Source: Atractiella rhizophila | Taxonomy: Eukaryota | NCBI GenBank assembly: GCA_021432655.1 | Contig: MU271573.1 | Location: 1 to 42,933 of the forward strand | Direction: 5' to 3' | Length of the DNA: 42,933 bases | Shown: positions 13,185 to 29,203 of the stretch, one piece after another | How the letters are laid out: each line of letters starts with the position of its first letter | How positions within the stretch are numbered: position 1 is the first letter of the stretch | Program-made: the position numbers and the translations under genes | Notes under the pieces: generated by a model | What the model was told of the DNA's origin: nothing | The model's database searches: none | Seen by the model: only the letters and a program-made list of their open reading frames with translations

Positions 13185-13329
13185 TTCTGCTCGCTGTTGA
13201 TTTCTGAAGCAAAGGAAAAAAAGGCTTCAAAGAAAGTAAATCACCTGACTCTGAGGCTTAGTCATGCATACTGGTCTATTGTGACTTGCACAAAGCAAGG
13301 CTTGTTAGAGAGAAAACGACCAGATTATC
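13185..13329. promoter_or_regulatory. Putative bidirectional promoter between ZNG1-like and SSL2/XPB
   Basis: Only about 145 nt separate the divergent start codons (13184 on -, 13330 on +). No specific motif was identified. Confidence 0.5.
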
Positions 13330-16677
<3,348 letters not shown>

Positions 16678-16842
16678 TGTTCTCGAAACTCCGCTGTGGT
16701 ATCTGCTATCAATTTTAGACAGTTCGTTGCACGGATGATGTTGATGCTATCTACGATTGTGGGGTACATGATAGATTTTGAGATGAGCGTAAATCGTTGT
16801 ACATGGATCGGATTGATGGTCGTTTTTGATAGTTCGTGACTC

Positions 16843-19138
16843 TTATGTGGATGGTGTTGCCGAAGAAAGGAAACGTGCGCGAGCAGCCATTTCTTTTCCG
16901 TAGGGCGATTTTGATCGTAAACGGCCGCCAAAATGGAACATAACAAAAGGGATCAAGCCTAAGAAGGCACACAGTCCTCCCAGCATTGATCCCCCTGCTT
17001 GAATGCCCATTGCGTCGTACACTATGCATGCGTAAGACGCAAACAGACAAGGTGACGACGAAATGCTCACTCTGAATAGTAAACAAAGGGAAAAAGGAAG
17101 CTCCCACATTTCTGACTGCGTTTAAAGCTGACAGTGCAGAGCTGGCGTAGAATGTGTAAGAATCTACGACATTCCAGTTATCACAATTCTCGCCCAGCAA
17201 GCAGACTGTTTACCTGATACGTAGTTGAACACAGACGTGTAAATGCCGTAGAGCGCAGCATATGCTATTCCGATGCCTAATAGACGTTGTTTGTTTATAT
17301 GACAAATGACAAATATGACGAGAAATTTACCTATCATCGATACTTCAGGTGGGATTGAGGCATATGAAGTCCTTCAGGAAATGTGAGGCTGGCGTATGAC
17401 ATGCGGAAGGACGAACCAGGTATACTGGAATACGCCTGAAGAATGTGTGAGGGTATATAAAAACACGGTGTCATTCACGAACCTAGGGGAAGGAGCAAGC
17501 CGGAGATCATAGCTATATAGAGGCGCGCTTCGGGCCCTTTTCGCTCGACGTTTTTATCGTAAAGACGGTCACTGGCGAAAATTGAGTCATCTACGTGTAG
17601 AGCAGCTAGCAGCCGAAATTGCGCACCAGAATGTGTTCAATGTTAGCCCTAGGACGCTCCCAACGATTTGCTTTGTGGATCGTGAGCTCTGTAGTTAAGG
17701 TGTTTGGCGTCACTTACAGAGACAAAAACGAGGCCTTGCTTCCCTGGACCAAAGTGATAGACGCGAGTGTAGACGAGAGGGATGGAGGAGAGGAATACGT
17801 AAAGGATCCCCCAAGCCACAAGTAACCAGAGGGAGAAGAGGAAAAGGACGAGCTCTGTGAAGAACAGTCGAAAAGGTCGAGTCAAACTAAATTTTAGCAG
17901 AGCTGCTATAGTGGGTCGATTCTCCTCTGATTTCGCATAATATCGTTTGTCTCCAGTTTCCTTCCGCAGACGAGCCGCTTTTCGAGAAAGTAGAACTGTT
18001 GCTCGTGTCTCACGACCTGCGAGAGCTAAGACGACCCCAACCGCGAAAGCTCCAGATAGCGCGAATATGATCCAGGCGATGACACGAAAGGAGTATACTT
18101 GTTCAACCCATCCGAAGAACGTGGGTCCAACACTGTGACACCCTTAGATCAGTTATACTATGACAGCTCTCACTCACCCAGTTAAGCAAAAGGCTGAGAA
18201 TGAAAAGAGTCCCTATAAACTGTTTAGTACTGAGTGATGGCTGGATAATGTTCATACCATAGGCAAACTACGGTCCTTAGCATCCCAAACGTCTGCTAAT
18301 GTACCCGCTGAGAGCTACCCCTCCTGTGAGCGGTCTGGAGTCACGGACAAATACCAAGCTGACAGCTACTCCAGTAGACGCTCCTATTCCACCTAATGTA
18401 CGAAAAACAAGCAATGTTGCAATGTCTTGTGCCAGAGCTTGCGGTAGAAAACAAATGGAAAACAGAAAGGCTTGACCGATACCATAGGTGAGTTTTCTAT
18501 TTCTTAAGAAGGAGCTGTTACAAACCAGACGAGATATAAATCATACTGAAGCCAGAAAGTCAGACGATGACACACGAGCTGGAGAAATTATTCGCTCACT
18601 TGCGTCCGAAAGTTTCAGACAGAGGAGCGAGTACTAAACCGCCTACACCAAAACTACACCGAGATCAACAAATGCTGTCAATTGCAAGTGAAGATCTCAC
18701 GTTATAGTGAACACTGTGATTCCAAGATTGGCCAATTCATGATTCACGCCTAGTTCATTTTGAAGAGTTCCCAATCCAATTGCGTATCCAGAAACCGAAC
18801 TGAAACGACAGTAAGGGGGGACTGTTAGTTAAGAGATATCTGATAGGGTCTGGCACGTACATACTGACTATTCCACAAAAGCCGATGCCAACAGCACTGA
18901 TCGCCCATTTACGAGACCGCGACCAATTTCGTGGATTCGCAGGATCATCTTCACCATCCCAATCAACAAGAAAGGGATCCACCTTCTCATCCACCTCATC
19001 GCGATAATTCTTCTCCAAGTCTTCATCAGCTTGAGTTTCTTCGTCTTTGTGTGCCTGCTTGCATTGCGTTGCTGAAGCTGGCGAATGTTCCGCAACCATA
19101 GTGTGGTTGGAATCGTTACGAACAACTGTTGTTGCCAT
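16843..19138 (-). CDS. MFS drug:H+ antiporter (DHA1 family), highly spliced
   Basis: LVDWDGEDDPANPRNWSRSRKW N-terminal signature, hydrophobic exons, RPFRLFFTELVLFLFSLW, GPEARLY, and a C-terminal GLIPFVMFHFGGRLRSKSPY typical of DHA1 proteins. Confidence 0.88.
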
Positions 19139-19680
19139 CTGTATCAAATAGTATTTGAACAGCCACACAAAAGCGCTGATGAAAGGAAAGAAAAAGAAGG
19201 GGGGAAACGTATTTGTCCCATATTGGTATAAGTAGGACAGTTCGTGCCGGTGTGCCGGCAACTCTGGTGCCAAAAGCTGCTGAGTCGCATGGGGATGTAT
19301 TCTTGCCAACCTTCACAACCTCGCTGTGTCGAGGAGGAAAGGCAGACGCGAGCAGTTCTTGGGACAGGCTCGAGGTGGGTGGTCGCTACAGGCAGGTCTG
19401 GCTGCATTAACTCCTCAGTGATGATCAGTAGGATTGCCTGCTGGGCAGATGTAGGCGCATCGTGACAGGGGCGTTATGCGGAGTTACAGGCACGTCCAAT
19501 GATTTCTCGCTCGCACTCACTCAACCTATGAGCGTAATGTGAGCCAAAGTTTAAAGTAGGGAGGGAGTCACCACACAGAAGGAAATGAAATACATTAAAA
19601 AGCTAAGTTCTGAATAACATATGATCCTTGAAGATAAGGCGGCGAAGGAAAACGTTGGATATGTATAAGGTGGTAGCAAG

Positions 19681-22600
19681 TCACGCTGCCTTCACCCGAC
19701 GACTGCTCACAATTTGCTTGAGAGAAACCTTTTCAGGCAGCCATTCGCCCTGTCATAGGTGTTGACACTTAACATAGCGCAATACATAAAGCGAGCAACG
19801 TACGTTATTGATGCACAGGATCTTCATTAGCCTGTGGTATCGCAAGTTTGGAAGCAGCTTCGGGGTGATGAGGAAGTACCTGGTAGAGAATTCATTATGG
19901 GTATATCGTATTAGTGGGAAGAAACTCACTGTCCGGCTTCATCTTTACACGTAACTTCGACAAGCTGGTTGTGAACAGCTCGCTCAGCTCTTTGGTCCAT
20001 TCCCTGATTGATCTCGTCTACGAGAGAGAAAGGACTTTTTGAAAGCTCAGTTAAACTCATGAGGTAAAGGATTGTTGAAAGAGAACGTTCCTAACTCTCG
20101 TAAGTAATGTAAGAGCTTAAGGAGGGACGACAAACTCCTCCGGATTGTCGTTGACCTGTAAGTGGTTGCATTTCATCGCCATCTCGGAATGAGACCATAA
20201 TTCTGATCCCCCATTTGGCATAGTCGGATTCTTCAGCAATTTGCACTTCTCCTTGGCATCCCATGCGAGCGAACGCTTGATCGAACTTCTTGCTTATGCC
20301 TTTGATGAGACTTTGCAAGGCGGGATACCATTGATCCTGTGGCTATACGTAAAGGCAAGGACATACGACCGATCCAAAGCGCACCCTAATTTCTTGCACT
20401 GCTCTACTAATATTGTGAAGTCGAGCGCTAGAAGCCTCCACTTGTCTCCTCAAGTGTATAATCTTTTCATGGCCGCGATCAACTTCTGTATTCCGGTTCA
20501 AAACCACTGACTGACCTTAGCCTTCCTGGTATTGTACTGGTCTCGAATATCCTGCGACACCTCCTCTGTCATATCCAGCTGGGTTCTTTGCGCCTGAATC
20601 AGCTCTTCAATCTCGTCCACTTTCGGAACAGGTTGCCGATCCTCCTCCATATGTGCCTGACGAAACTTGGTCTTCAGCTCCTCTTCAACACCGTCCATCG
20701 CTTGCTGCGCAGTGGCAAATAGCATCTTACATTCGGTAGTTAGGCTCTTGTGCGCAGTTCTACCTACAAAAGGATTAGGGATACTATCTGTGAGAAAGAT
20801 TGTTCAGCGTACTATGTTCATATTCTTGCTCCTTCATAAGCAAGATCTCTCGCTTTTCGTCAATCTGGCCTTGAAGGTGCGCGGCGTTTGCTTCTGCCTG
20901 AAGAAGTTCAAGAGACAAGATCTGAGCTTCAGCAGTAGCATCTACAATGCTGAAGAGAACTCTCTGACAACCCTGTTATTCGTATGATCCCACGGCGATA
21001 CCTTGCTCACTTTGGCTTCAAGCGCCATCTTCCTTCTGTTCTCGCAAATACTAAGGAGTTTCTTCGTGTGTCTCTTCTGCTCATCTTCTTCCTTTGGTCG
21101 ATCTGTGACCTTGACTAGGTGTTTGTTCTTGCCGGCTACGAGCAGTCCATGAATGGTACAGAAGGAAAGGCGGACGACGGAAGACAAGTGACGCACCTAG
21201 TTCATTGTTCGCTTTATTCCAATCATTCCATGCTTGTGTGACTCGCTTTTTCTCCTCGTTGATCTCGTTCTGTGTCTTGATAAGAATCCCATTACACGGG
21301 AAACGATGAAGAAACGAACGATCTCTTCCTTCAAAGGTCCAATTTGACTGTTCAGCTCGTCCTTCTGGGCGGTGGCTGCCTCTAATTTTTTCGTCGCTTC
21401 GTCCTTCAAGTTCACGTGGTGTGCCCTCGTCTGCTCCCACTCTCGTCTCAAGTCTTCGTTGTCTAGCGAGGTGTTTAGCTTCAACGTGTCACCTCACTAT
21501 CAGTAGTGGTTAAGCTGGCGCACCTGTGGTCCTCATCCAACTATCTCTACTGGATTGAATAGTTTTTGCCGTTGTCGTCATGTTGCCAGCGCCATACTTA
21601 GATTTAGAGAATGAGAAAGCCGAATCGTAGGTGAGATAGCTCCTGAAGATACGCGGATTGACAAGGTCCCCATTGACCTCCTGCGAGGGCTTGAAAGCTA
21701 CCGGCTTGTGAAAGTTTATGTTCAGCGTCAAGGCTAAATCAAAGAGGAAGACTGTCTACCAGGTTGTGAAGGTTTTGTGTCAGCTTAAGGTAGACCATGA
21801 CTTCTTCAGGTGCATCGAGAAGGTCAGACACATAGGCGTCGAGCCCATATTGCGACAACTACGAAGACTCGTCAAAAATACCTAAGTAGCGTAGAATCCG
21901 TACCTGTTCCGTAGGGACACGAGAAGAAAGCTCCCCTCGTGTTTGCGGCAACTCTGCCAGGTTCACTCGGAGGCGTTGCTTCTTATTCAGTTCTTCTGTG
22001 AGGAGGATGTAATCATCTCTTTCCGTGCAGACAAAGGTCCTAAGATTCGCATGACTGAAGACGCTTTCTGCTAATGTCACGATGCGAGAGTTGTTTTTGT
22101 ACCGATCCTTGATACTGACGGCGAGTCGGAGAGGTTGAGGAAGGGCTCCCTTGAATCGATCTTTATTCTCACGTATCCAGCAGACGGCTTTCCAAAGGGT
22201 TTGGTCCGCAAGTTGACATTGGTGATCTCTCTGTTGACGTGCATCTTGAAGCCTTGCCAGCCTGCCCAGTGCACTAGTCAGCAAAAAAATAGGAGGGAAG
22301 GATATTACACACTGATTCTCAGCGTGAGAGATGTCCCTTCTCGCCTTTTCCCTACTATCTGACCATTGGGCTTTCTCTTCGTCTAACTGCTTCACCTCCT
22401 GCCTGAGAGCATTCAATTGTCTCTCAAGGGGATCCACTCTACTCTTAAATGTGGTCGTATCTGGTCGATCTGGGACTTTCTCTACAACCTTTTCGAGTGC
22501 TCTAATCTCTTTCTGGAGTTTCCGAATCTGGTTCTGGGCTTCCTCTTCGTTCTTCTTAACTGTCTCCAGGTCCGAGCGCACCTTCCCGAGGTCGTCGTCC

Positions 22601-22893
22601 ACCTTAGAAAGTGCATCTTTCGTCCGACTGTAGCTTGCGACGAGCTTCGTCACATTATCATTCGCTTTCACCACACTCGCCTTCTTCCTCCTTACGCCTT
22701 CTTGCAGTTGCCTACACATGTGAATTGTAAAAGGCGCCAAGTATGGAACAGAAGGGACATACGCGCATTGGACATCAAAAGGCTTGAACCTGTCCCTCAG
22801 GGCGCTGAGTTGACCAGCAAGCTTCTCCTTCTCTTTCTTGAGCTTATCGGCTTCCTCTTTCTGCTGTTGGTACTTGGCGAATGGTAAAAGCAA
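19681..22893 (-). CDS. SMC5: SMC5, 5'-truncated: coiled coil, hinge and C-terminal ATPase half only
   Basis: LLPFAKY at the start of homology, hinge region (WIRENKDRFKG...TFVCTERDDY; YGLDAYVSDLLDAPEEVMVYL; KSKYG), WGIRIMVSFRDG, LTGQRQSGG|ERSLSTILYLMSL, PFSLVDEINQGMDQRAER, QYFLITPKLL. No Walker A-containing N-terminal exons were found upstream. Confidence 0.88.
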
Positions 22894-23189
22894 ATTCGAA
22901 TACCGAATGACGGACGCGGAAGATGGGTCGGAAAACGTTGTCCATGACGTCCACGCTTTTCCGTTCTAACGAAAATGAAGGTCAATACAATATCCCCTTT
23001 TACATTGCGAGGTGCAGCATGCAACGCTCCATCGTAACAAGCGCAACTATGTTGAAAACCAATACCTTAGTCATTCCATAACTCATTCTTGGAGAAGAAA
23101 CCTGATTCCAACGACAGCCGCAGGAAGGCTTTTGGAGGAAGTGGTCACAAGCCCAGAACAACAAACTCAGCTCAAGACAATACTGTCAT

Positions 23190-23227
23190 AGAATGATGAA
23201 GGAAGAATAATGAAGGAAGAATAATGA
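23190..23227. repeat. Short tandem repeat, 14-bp unit (AGAATRATGAAGGA), about 2.7 copies
   Basis: agaatgatgaagga agaataatgaagga agaataatga, read directly. Confidence 0.8.
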
Positions 23228-23672
23228 CTTTGTTAAAATCGCACTTGGTACGCTAAAGCGTTCTTCATTCCATCCTTAACTTCAACTTTGTTGCTAATAT
23301 TCCATGCTTTAATAGCATCACTTTATGGCAATGTCGCTCAGCATTTGCTCGGTATGTAAGATGACCCGCCAAAACATGACAGTTTACAGTGACTGGACCA
23401 TCTGAGTATCCCATCCCACCACATACAAACGAGTGTTCGTTCGCAGTTGATCATGAGGAACGCACCTTTGAAGGTATCGATCACAGTTCAGCTCGTTAAG
23501 TAACTGCCCTCCTGGGTAGCTCTAACAGACGCGCATCGATGTTGCTTTCGTCGTCCTTTCGCGAAATTCGAACACTTCAGCATTGATTCGACCATGGCAT
23601 TCCAGATTTAATGCTTAACCTTGCTTCTTTTCAATGTTACTTTGTTCTGCTTTGCCATTGTGTTGATTCGTA

Positions 23673-26002
23673 GGGCTTACACCATCCCGTCCGGAACAGA
23701 AGCAGTTCTCTTCAACAGCTCCCAATCAACCCCATGCTAACCTCACCTCAACCGCCGTACAGGAACAGATGTTTATGCGTCCAGCGTTAGGTACCCCAAG
23801 GCATATCGAGCGGGCTGAAAAAGAAGTGAGGGGGACATGGGTGTCTATGAACATAGAGGGGTTTATGGGGATGATGGAGAAGAGCAGCCCAAGACCCGAA
23901 GCAGCCCTTTCCGAGCTGCCGAAAACACGCCAGCCAATCGTACTGCCAATTACTGTGCCGCTGCAATACGATGTCGTAGTAAGTGCTGTGCTTTCTGCCG
24001 CTCACGGGAATGGGTTTCACAGATCGAATAGATCGATGCGATGAGCGATTGTTTGGATGGTGGATGGCAGCAGGTCAATACATCTGCTCATATCGACATC
24101 AATATCCCCAACGTCTTCGGCGCGACTAGTGTCAAACCGGATATCCTTCTTTATTCGCCATCCAGACGGGTAGTCGACGGTTGAATGACGGATATGAAGG
24201 AAGCTGAATTGTTCTGGGAATTTAAAAATGGTGTGCACCCCTTTCACGATGCTCCCACCAAAAAGGAAACGCACAAGGGCAAGGCGAATGCCGATGAACC
24301 TGAGATCGAAAACGATGCCTTGCAAGCGGAGATAGGCAGGGACGAAGATGAGAATGCCCCAAGCGGCTTTGAGAATGGAGCCGACAGTGCGGTGGAACTT
24401 CGCGGTCAAATAACGCTTTATAACACTGTCATTCAAATCCTCCAACACAGGACTCGCGTCTTTTCCATCTATATCGAGGGGAAAATAGCGCGCCTCCTTT
24501 GTCATTCTCGTGCGGGCACAGCTGTCACCTCTCCGTTCAATTACAACGAGGAACCCCATCTTCATAAATCTTCGTTTCGATACACTCGCTCTGCCAGAGC
24601 TCAACGAGGACATGACGACACGTACAGAAAACCCAGAAACCGTGTCGAGGAGGTAAATGCAAGGAAAGCACCTTGGACTTGAGGGTGACGATCCGCTATA
24701 CGTGGTTGAGTTCGATTCAACGAGCTACTACATCTCGGAACCTTTCACCGACTTTCACGAATATCCCGTCGGTCGCAACACGAAATGTTTCTGCCTATCG
24801 CCCTGGCCTTGAGAGTCTTGTCCTTTTGAAGGATATATGGAGGAAGATGGAGTACGAAAAGGAAGGAGACGCACTTCGAAAATTAAATCTTGCAAACGAC
24901 CTCAACGTCCCAACTGTTCTTGACGACCGCGATATGGACGGCAGCTTCCAGATGATCGCGGCACCGTATCGCCAAGCGATGCAACATTATATTCAGGTAA
25001 CTGACAAGATTGGACGGCCGCTTTCTTCATTCACGTCTAGCTGGGAAATGGTCAACGCGGTCTGTGATGCCATTCGAGGTATGTTTCTGTCTTGTTGTTA
25101 CTGATTGTCTGACCAGAACAAAGCCCACGAAGCCGCATGGGAGAGGACGACGATTTTATACCGCGATATTTCATCAGGCAATATCCTTATTTATGATCTA
25201 CCATCAACATCCGATGATGAGCCAAGAACCTCCCAAGGACTCTTGATTGACTGGGAAATGGCAAAAGTGGGCTTGTCAGAATCCTTTCCCAGGACTCCAG
25301 AACGCACTGTAAGATCATCCACCGGTTAATTGTGCAAGTCATTCTAAACTGGTGGCTGTTTAGGGCACCCATCAGTTCTTAGCTCTTGAACTCATGGGTC
25401 CAGATCACATCCCGCATGGACCTCGACACGACCTGGAATCGTTCATGTACGTCCTATTTTGGATCACACTACGTCATGCGCGTCATGCTAGCCAGTCGAT
25501 GTCAGACTCCAAAAGAAAAGAGTTGCTCGGAAAATTCGATCGGAAGAGTACGATGGCGGCAAGTCACGCAGCGAAATTGAGTTTTCTGAAGTCCCCCACC
25601 GAAGTTTTACATATTCGTCTGGACATGACGGGGCTGCGCGATGTGCTCGAGTCAGTTTGGCGGCCCTTCCAAGCTTACATGGATACACCGAACGTGAAAA
25701 TGAAGGCGACAGAAGCATCTTGACGCATTCTGATCTGATCCTAAAGCTTACATCCCGCTTGGAGACGAGAAATGGAAACGTACGAAGGATGCTGCAGTCG
25801 AGTACAAGGTGCAGAACGACCGAGAGATGACGCAGATGATGATGAAGATCAAGAAAGAACGGGCAAGTGGTCATGGAATGCAGGTGCGAGCGGTAGTCGA
25901 CGCAGTGGAAGGGGTTTGAGAAGCACGAAGAGTGCAGCGGGGAGTACGAAGAGCTCTGCCAGTCGGACGAGAAGCAGGGGTGGATCGAGTGGACTGGTTT
26001 AA
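23673..26002 (+). pseudogene. Fungal-specific protein kinase (FunK1 / Pkinase_fungal) pseudogene
   Basis: Motifs: VKPDILLY, ELFWEFK, RGQITLYNTVIQILQHRTRVFSIYI, PVGRNTKCF, LLKDIWR, LNVPTVL, IGRPLSSF, ILYRDISSGNILI, GLLIDWEMAK, RT|GTHQFLA, HGPRHDLESFMYVLFW. Disablements: in-frame TGA at 24182-24184 and frameshifts near 24671, 24792 and about 25720. Confidence 0.85.
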
Positions 26003-26841
26003 GGAGCCAAGGATGATGTGAGCTCCGCCCCTTGTGCGCAGAAACTGAAGGATTCACTCTAATATGTATTCTTTATTCCTGATGCTGTTTGGCTGCTTTC
26101 ACTTTTGGACATAATGTAACAATCTCACAGGCAGAACAGTGATGTCTTCGGGTCAAAAAGTGACGGGTAAAAAGCGAAACATCACCCAAAGATCTGAGAA
26201 ACTTCAGGAATGAATTCCTGAGAGATAGTACACTTGAATGCTACTATACAAACAGTGAGATAGAGCCTATGGCCTTGAAGTGTGGCTAAACCTGAACTAT
26301 TTTATGTCTTTCGACGTTGCAACCTGGTATGAAGATCCTTACAAAAGCTGAATTGTGATCGAAACAACTTTGCAGTTCCTACTGCCGGAGATGTCGAGTC
26401 GATTGATGAACAGCCTGAGGACAAGCCCAACATCGATGCATTGACATGAGTTTGACTCACACCCCTCTCAACTTTTTCATTCCGACTCTATGAGGCAGGA
26501 AATGTGCCTAGCTGCAGCGATGATTCGAAGCTTCGACAAGGAGCGAACGCTACAAATAGATGTTATGAGTGGTTTCTTAGGGTACCCCGGGATCTCCTCT
26601 CTTGCATCATCCTAAGTTATTGCTGAGTCTTGCATTAAGTTTGGGTCAGGATGCCGTTTAGGACGCAGAAGTGGAAGTCAACGAGAAGAATCCAGCTCGC
26701 CTGCCTTCTGCCAGTTTGTTTGAATACGTTGTTTGTGCCAGCTGTCTGCTATTTCTCCCAAATCGAATGTGAACTGCAATATCCACACGGTGTGATATTC
26801 ATCTGAACGATTCATGATGCGCTAGATTTCAGAATATCCTC

Positions 26842-27032
26842 CTATCAATCTACTGTGACATTTAATGGGAAATCGTTGTGCAGAATAAAGAGATTTGATT
26901 TTAGGCAAAGCCTCAAAAAGCTAGATCCTGAGAGTAACTATCAATCTACTGTGACATTTAATGGGAAATCGTTGTGCAGAATAAAGAGATTTGATTTTAG
27001 GCAAAGCCTCAAAAAGCTAGATCCTGAGAGTA
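26842..27032. repeat. Perfect tandem direct duplication, 95-bp unit (period 96)
   Basis: ctatcaatctactgtgacattt...gctagatcctgagagta occurs at 26842-26936 and again at 26938-27032. Confidence 0.95.
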
Positions 27033-27067
27033 TACGCCGGTGCGCTTAGCGAATACACCTGTACGTC

Positions 27068-28890
27068 TCACTGCTTGGCTCCTATACGACTCAACCGCTC
27101 TTTGTCCATCTTCACAGCACGCCTCCAAAGTTCCTCAGTCAGATGCTTCTCTCCCAGTGAAAGAGTGAGCAGTCTACGCCAACCGGGAAATCGGATCAGT
27201 GCATGAAGGGAAGGGAAGGGAAAGGAGCAGTGAGATGAAGCAAACCGCATAAGTGTGATACGTCTCCCTAGATCTCCCTCCACCACCTGCACAACGTTCT
27301 CCTTCCTCCATGCCGAGAAATCTGACGCAATTATCTGAGTCCCGGAAAGCCGTCAGCGTGTGCAGATGGTTTTCAGGTGGCTGACTTACTTCGCTTAGTG
27401 TCGGCGACAGTTCCACCTCTTTATCATTCGCGCTGCTGGAGAGATGCTGAATATAACCTCGAAGTCTGTCTAGGGACTCTCCGCTTCTAACCTCATGTTG
27501 CATCGGTGAATCGGAAGGTAAGACAGAAACAACAGCGTCTGTCTGAGCTACCCATTAATTTGCACTTGCCTGAGGACAAGGTGACACCTACAACAACAAT
27601 CGGTGTCCCGTGCGAGAGCACAATGAACCCGATATCTGTGGGAAAAGAAAAGGATGAGAAAGGGAAGGTATAGTCCAGTTTTTGTTCTCTGACAGCAGTC
27701 TGAAGCGCGTGGAGATTCTTTAAACCTGTACCGTAACATGTCAACAAACCGTGTATGATTTCAGGAGAGGAAGGTGTGCCTCCTTCGTTCAGTGCCCCTT
27801 CAGACAAGTGCGTCATGTCCACGCCTACAATCTGGCCGTCTGGCACTTGCAATAAACCTTTTGTTAAGGAATCACCGTCGGAGATGGGAGAAAGTTTGAT
27901 TGATGGATTGTTAAGATACCCAAGGGAGGTATGTAGCGTAAAGAAGCGCGGAAGAAGCTGAGCCAACGACTCGAATATAGGCGGGACGTGTGTTGTTGCG
28001 GTAGGGAGGGACAGTGCAATAGAAAGACGGCCGAGGGGTGGTGATCGAGTGTGTCTGAATACTCTGTCAGAGAATGATGCAAGGGAAGGGAGAGAAACTT
28101 GCATCCGACTTATGACGGAGAGGAGGAGCCATTCAGCCGCATGTTGGTCGCCGCTTAGTCCGTCAGTCAAATACCTCAGGGTCTCTTCGCGCAGAGTCTC
28201 AAACTCTTCGGTGGCTGGTATTGGAAGTGACAAGTCGTCTAGAGGTTCCATGTATAAAACATGAACTGTCGGTAGCTTCTCGTCTCCATTCTGGGTGACG
28301 AGATAGTCTTCCATGTCGAGGGAGGCGAGGTGGTCTTCAACTGATACACTGTTACCCCTTACCATGGAGGAGGGGTCGGAAGGTGGATAGAATATCCCTA
28401 CGCATTGAAGTAGTGAAGTCGAACGCAGCGAGTTCGCGAGAGTAGGGTCATACAACTTCAAAATGTAGCGCGAGTATGATCTTTCTGTCTTCATTCCCAA
28501 GTTCTAATCCACAGGTAAAGAACTGAATACCATCATTCCAGAAAGGATATAGCGTACCTCGCGAATCCACCCACTATCAACGTCCTCAACGATAATCACG
28601 CTGCGTTCTTCCCACTCTGCCTGTTCAACATTTCCCCCATCATCCTCAAGCTCTATCTTGTCAACATATCTAAAGCCAGTCGGTACGATTTCTTCACCCC
28701 TCGTCGTGTCGATCACCATACATCTCAGCCTCACCAAAGAAGCAGGCGGTGTGGTGTTATCAGCATAAGGCGGCGAGATTTGGAGGTCACGAAAGGAGGA
28801 TGAAATGGAGAGGTGCGTCTGCGGATCAGGGAAGGAACGAATGTACTCTAAAGGAGCACAGAGAGCAACTGATGATGGGGAGGGAGACAT
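27068..28890 (-). CDS. MCMBP: Mini-chromosome maintenance complex-binding protein (MCM-BP/Mcb1-like), spliced
   Basis: LVRLRCMVIDT, ILKLYD, GLSGDQHAAEWLLLSVISR, LTKGLLQVPDG..VDMTHLSEGALNEG|LKNLHALQ, LDYTFPFSSFSFPTD, and terminal RLLTLSLGEKHLTEELWRRAVKMDKERLSR. Confidence 0.85.
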
Positions 28891-28920
28891 TTCGATGAAG
28901 ATGAAAGTGGTCGTTCCTAC

Positions 28921-28935
28921 ACGCGACGCGTCGCG
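28921..28935. promoter_or_regulatory. CGCG-rich palindrome containing an MluI cell-cycle box (ACGCGT) upstream of MCMBP
   Basis: cgcgacgcgtcgcg is a perfect 14-bp palindrome about 30-45 nt upstream of the MCMBP ATG. ACGCGT is the yeast MBF site. Function here is inferred. Confidence 0.45.
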
Positions 28936-29203
28936 CCACTTAATCGATTGTCCTGAACTCAGGAAAATCACATGAAACAGGATTGGGGGTACAATGCAGG
29001 GTGCAATGGGTTACGATTTGACGACCGATCTCTCCCATCAGACTGAACATTTCATGTTGGAAGCGAGAGCTTCCACAGCACCAATCATCGAAAGCCAATT
29101 TCAGCTAATATTCTTAGTTATTATTCCCTTAATGGTGATTTTTAGTTGTAAGGATCGAAACTACAAGAAAATACACGACCACCTCAAATCTCCTACTTCC
29201 TAC

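Noticed and set aside
24017..26057. Long minus-strand ORFs 24017..24613 and 25488..26057
   Set aside because: Antisense shadows of the FunK1 pseudogene.
26855..27049. 64-aa ORF with an internal repeat; possible CRISPR-like or LTR structure
   Set aside because: It simply translates the 96-bp-period duplication. There are only two adjacent units, no spacers and no TG...CA LTR ends.
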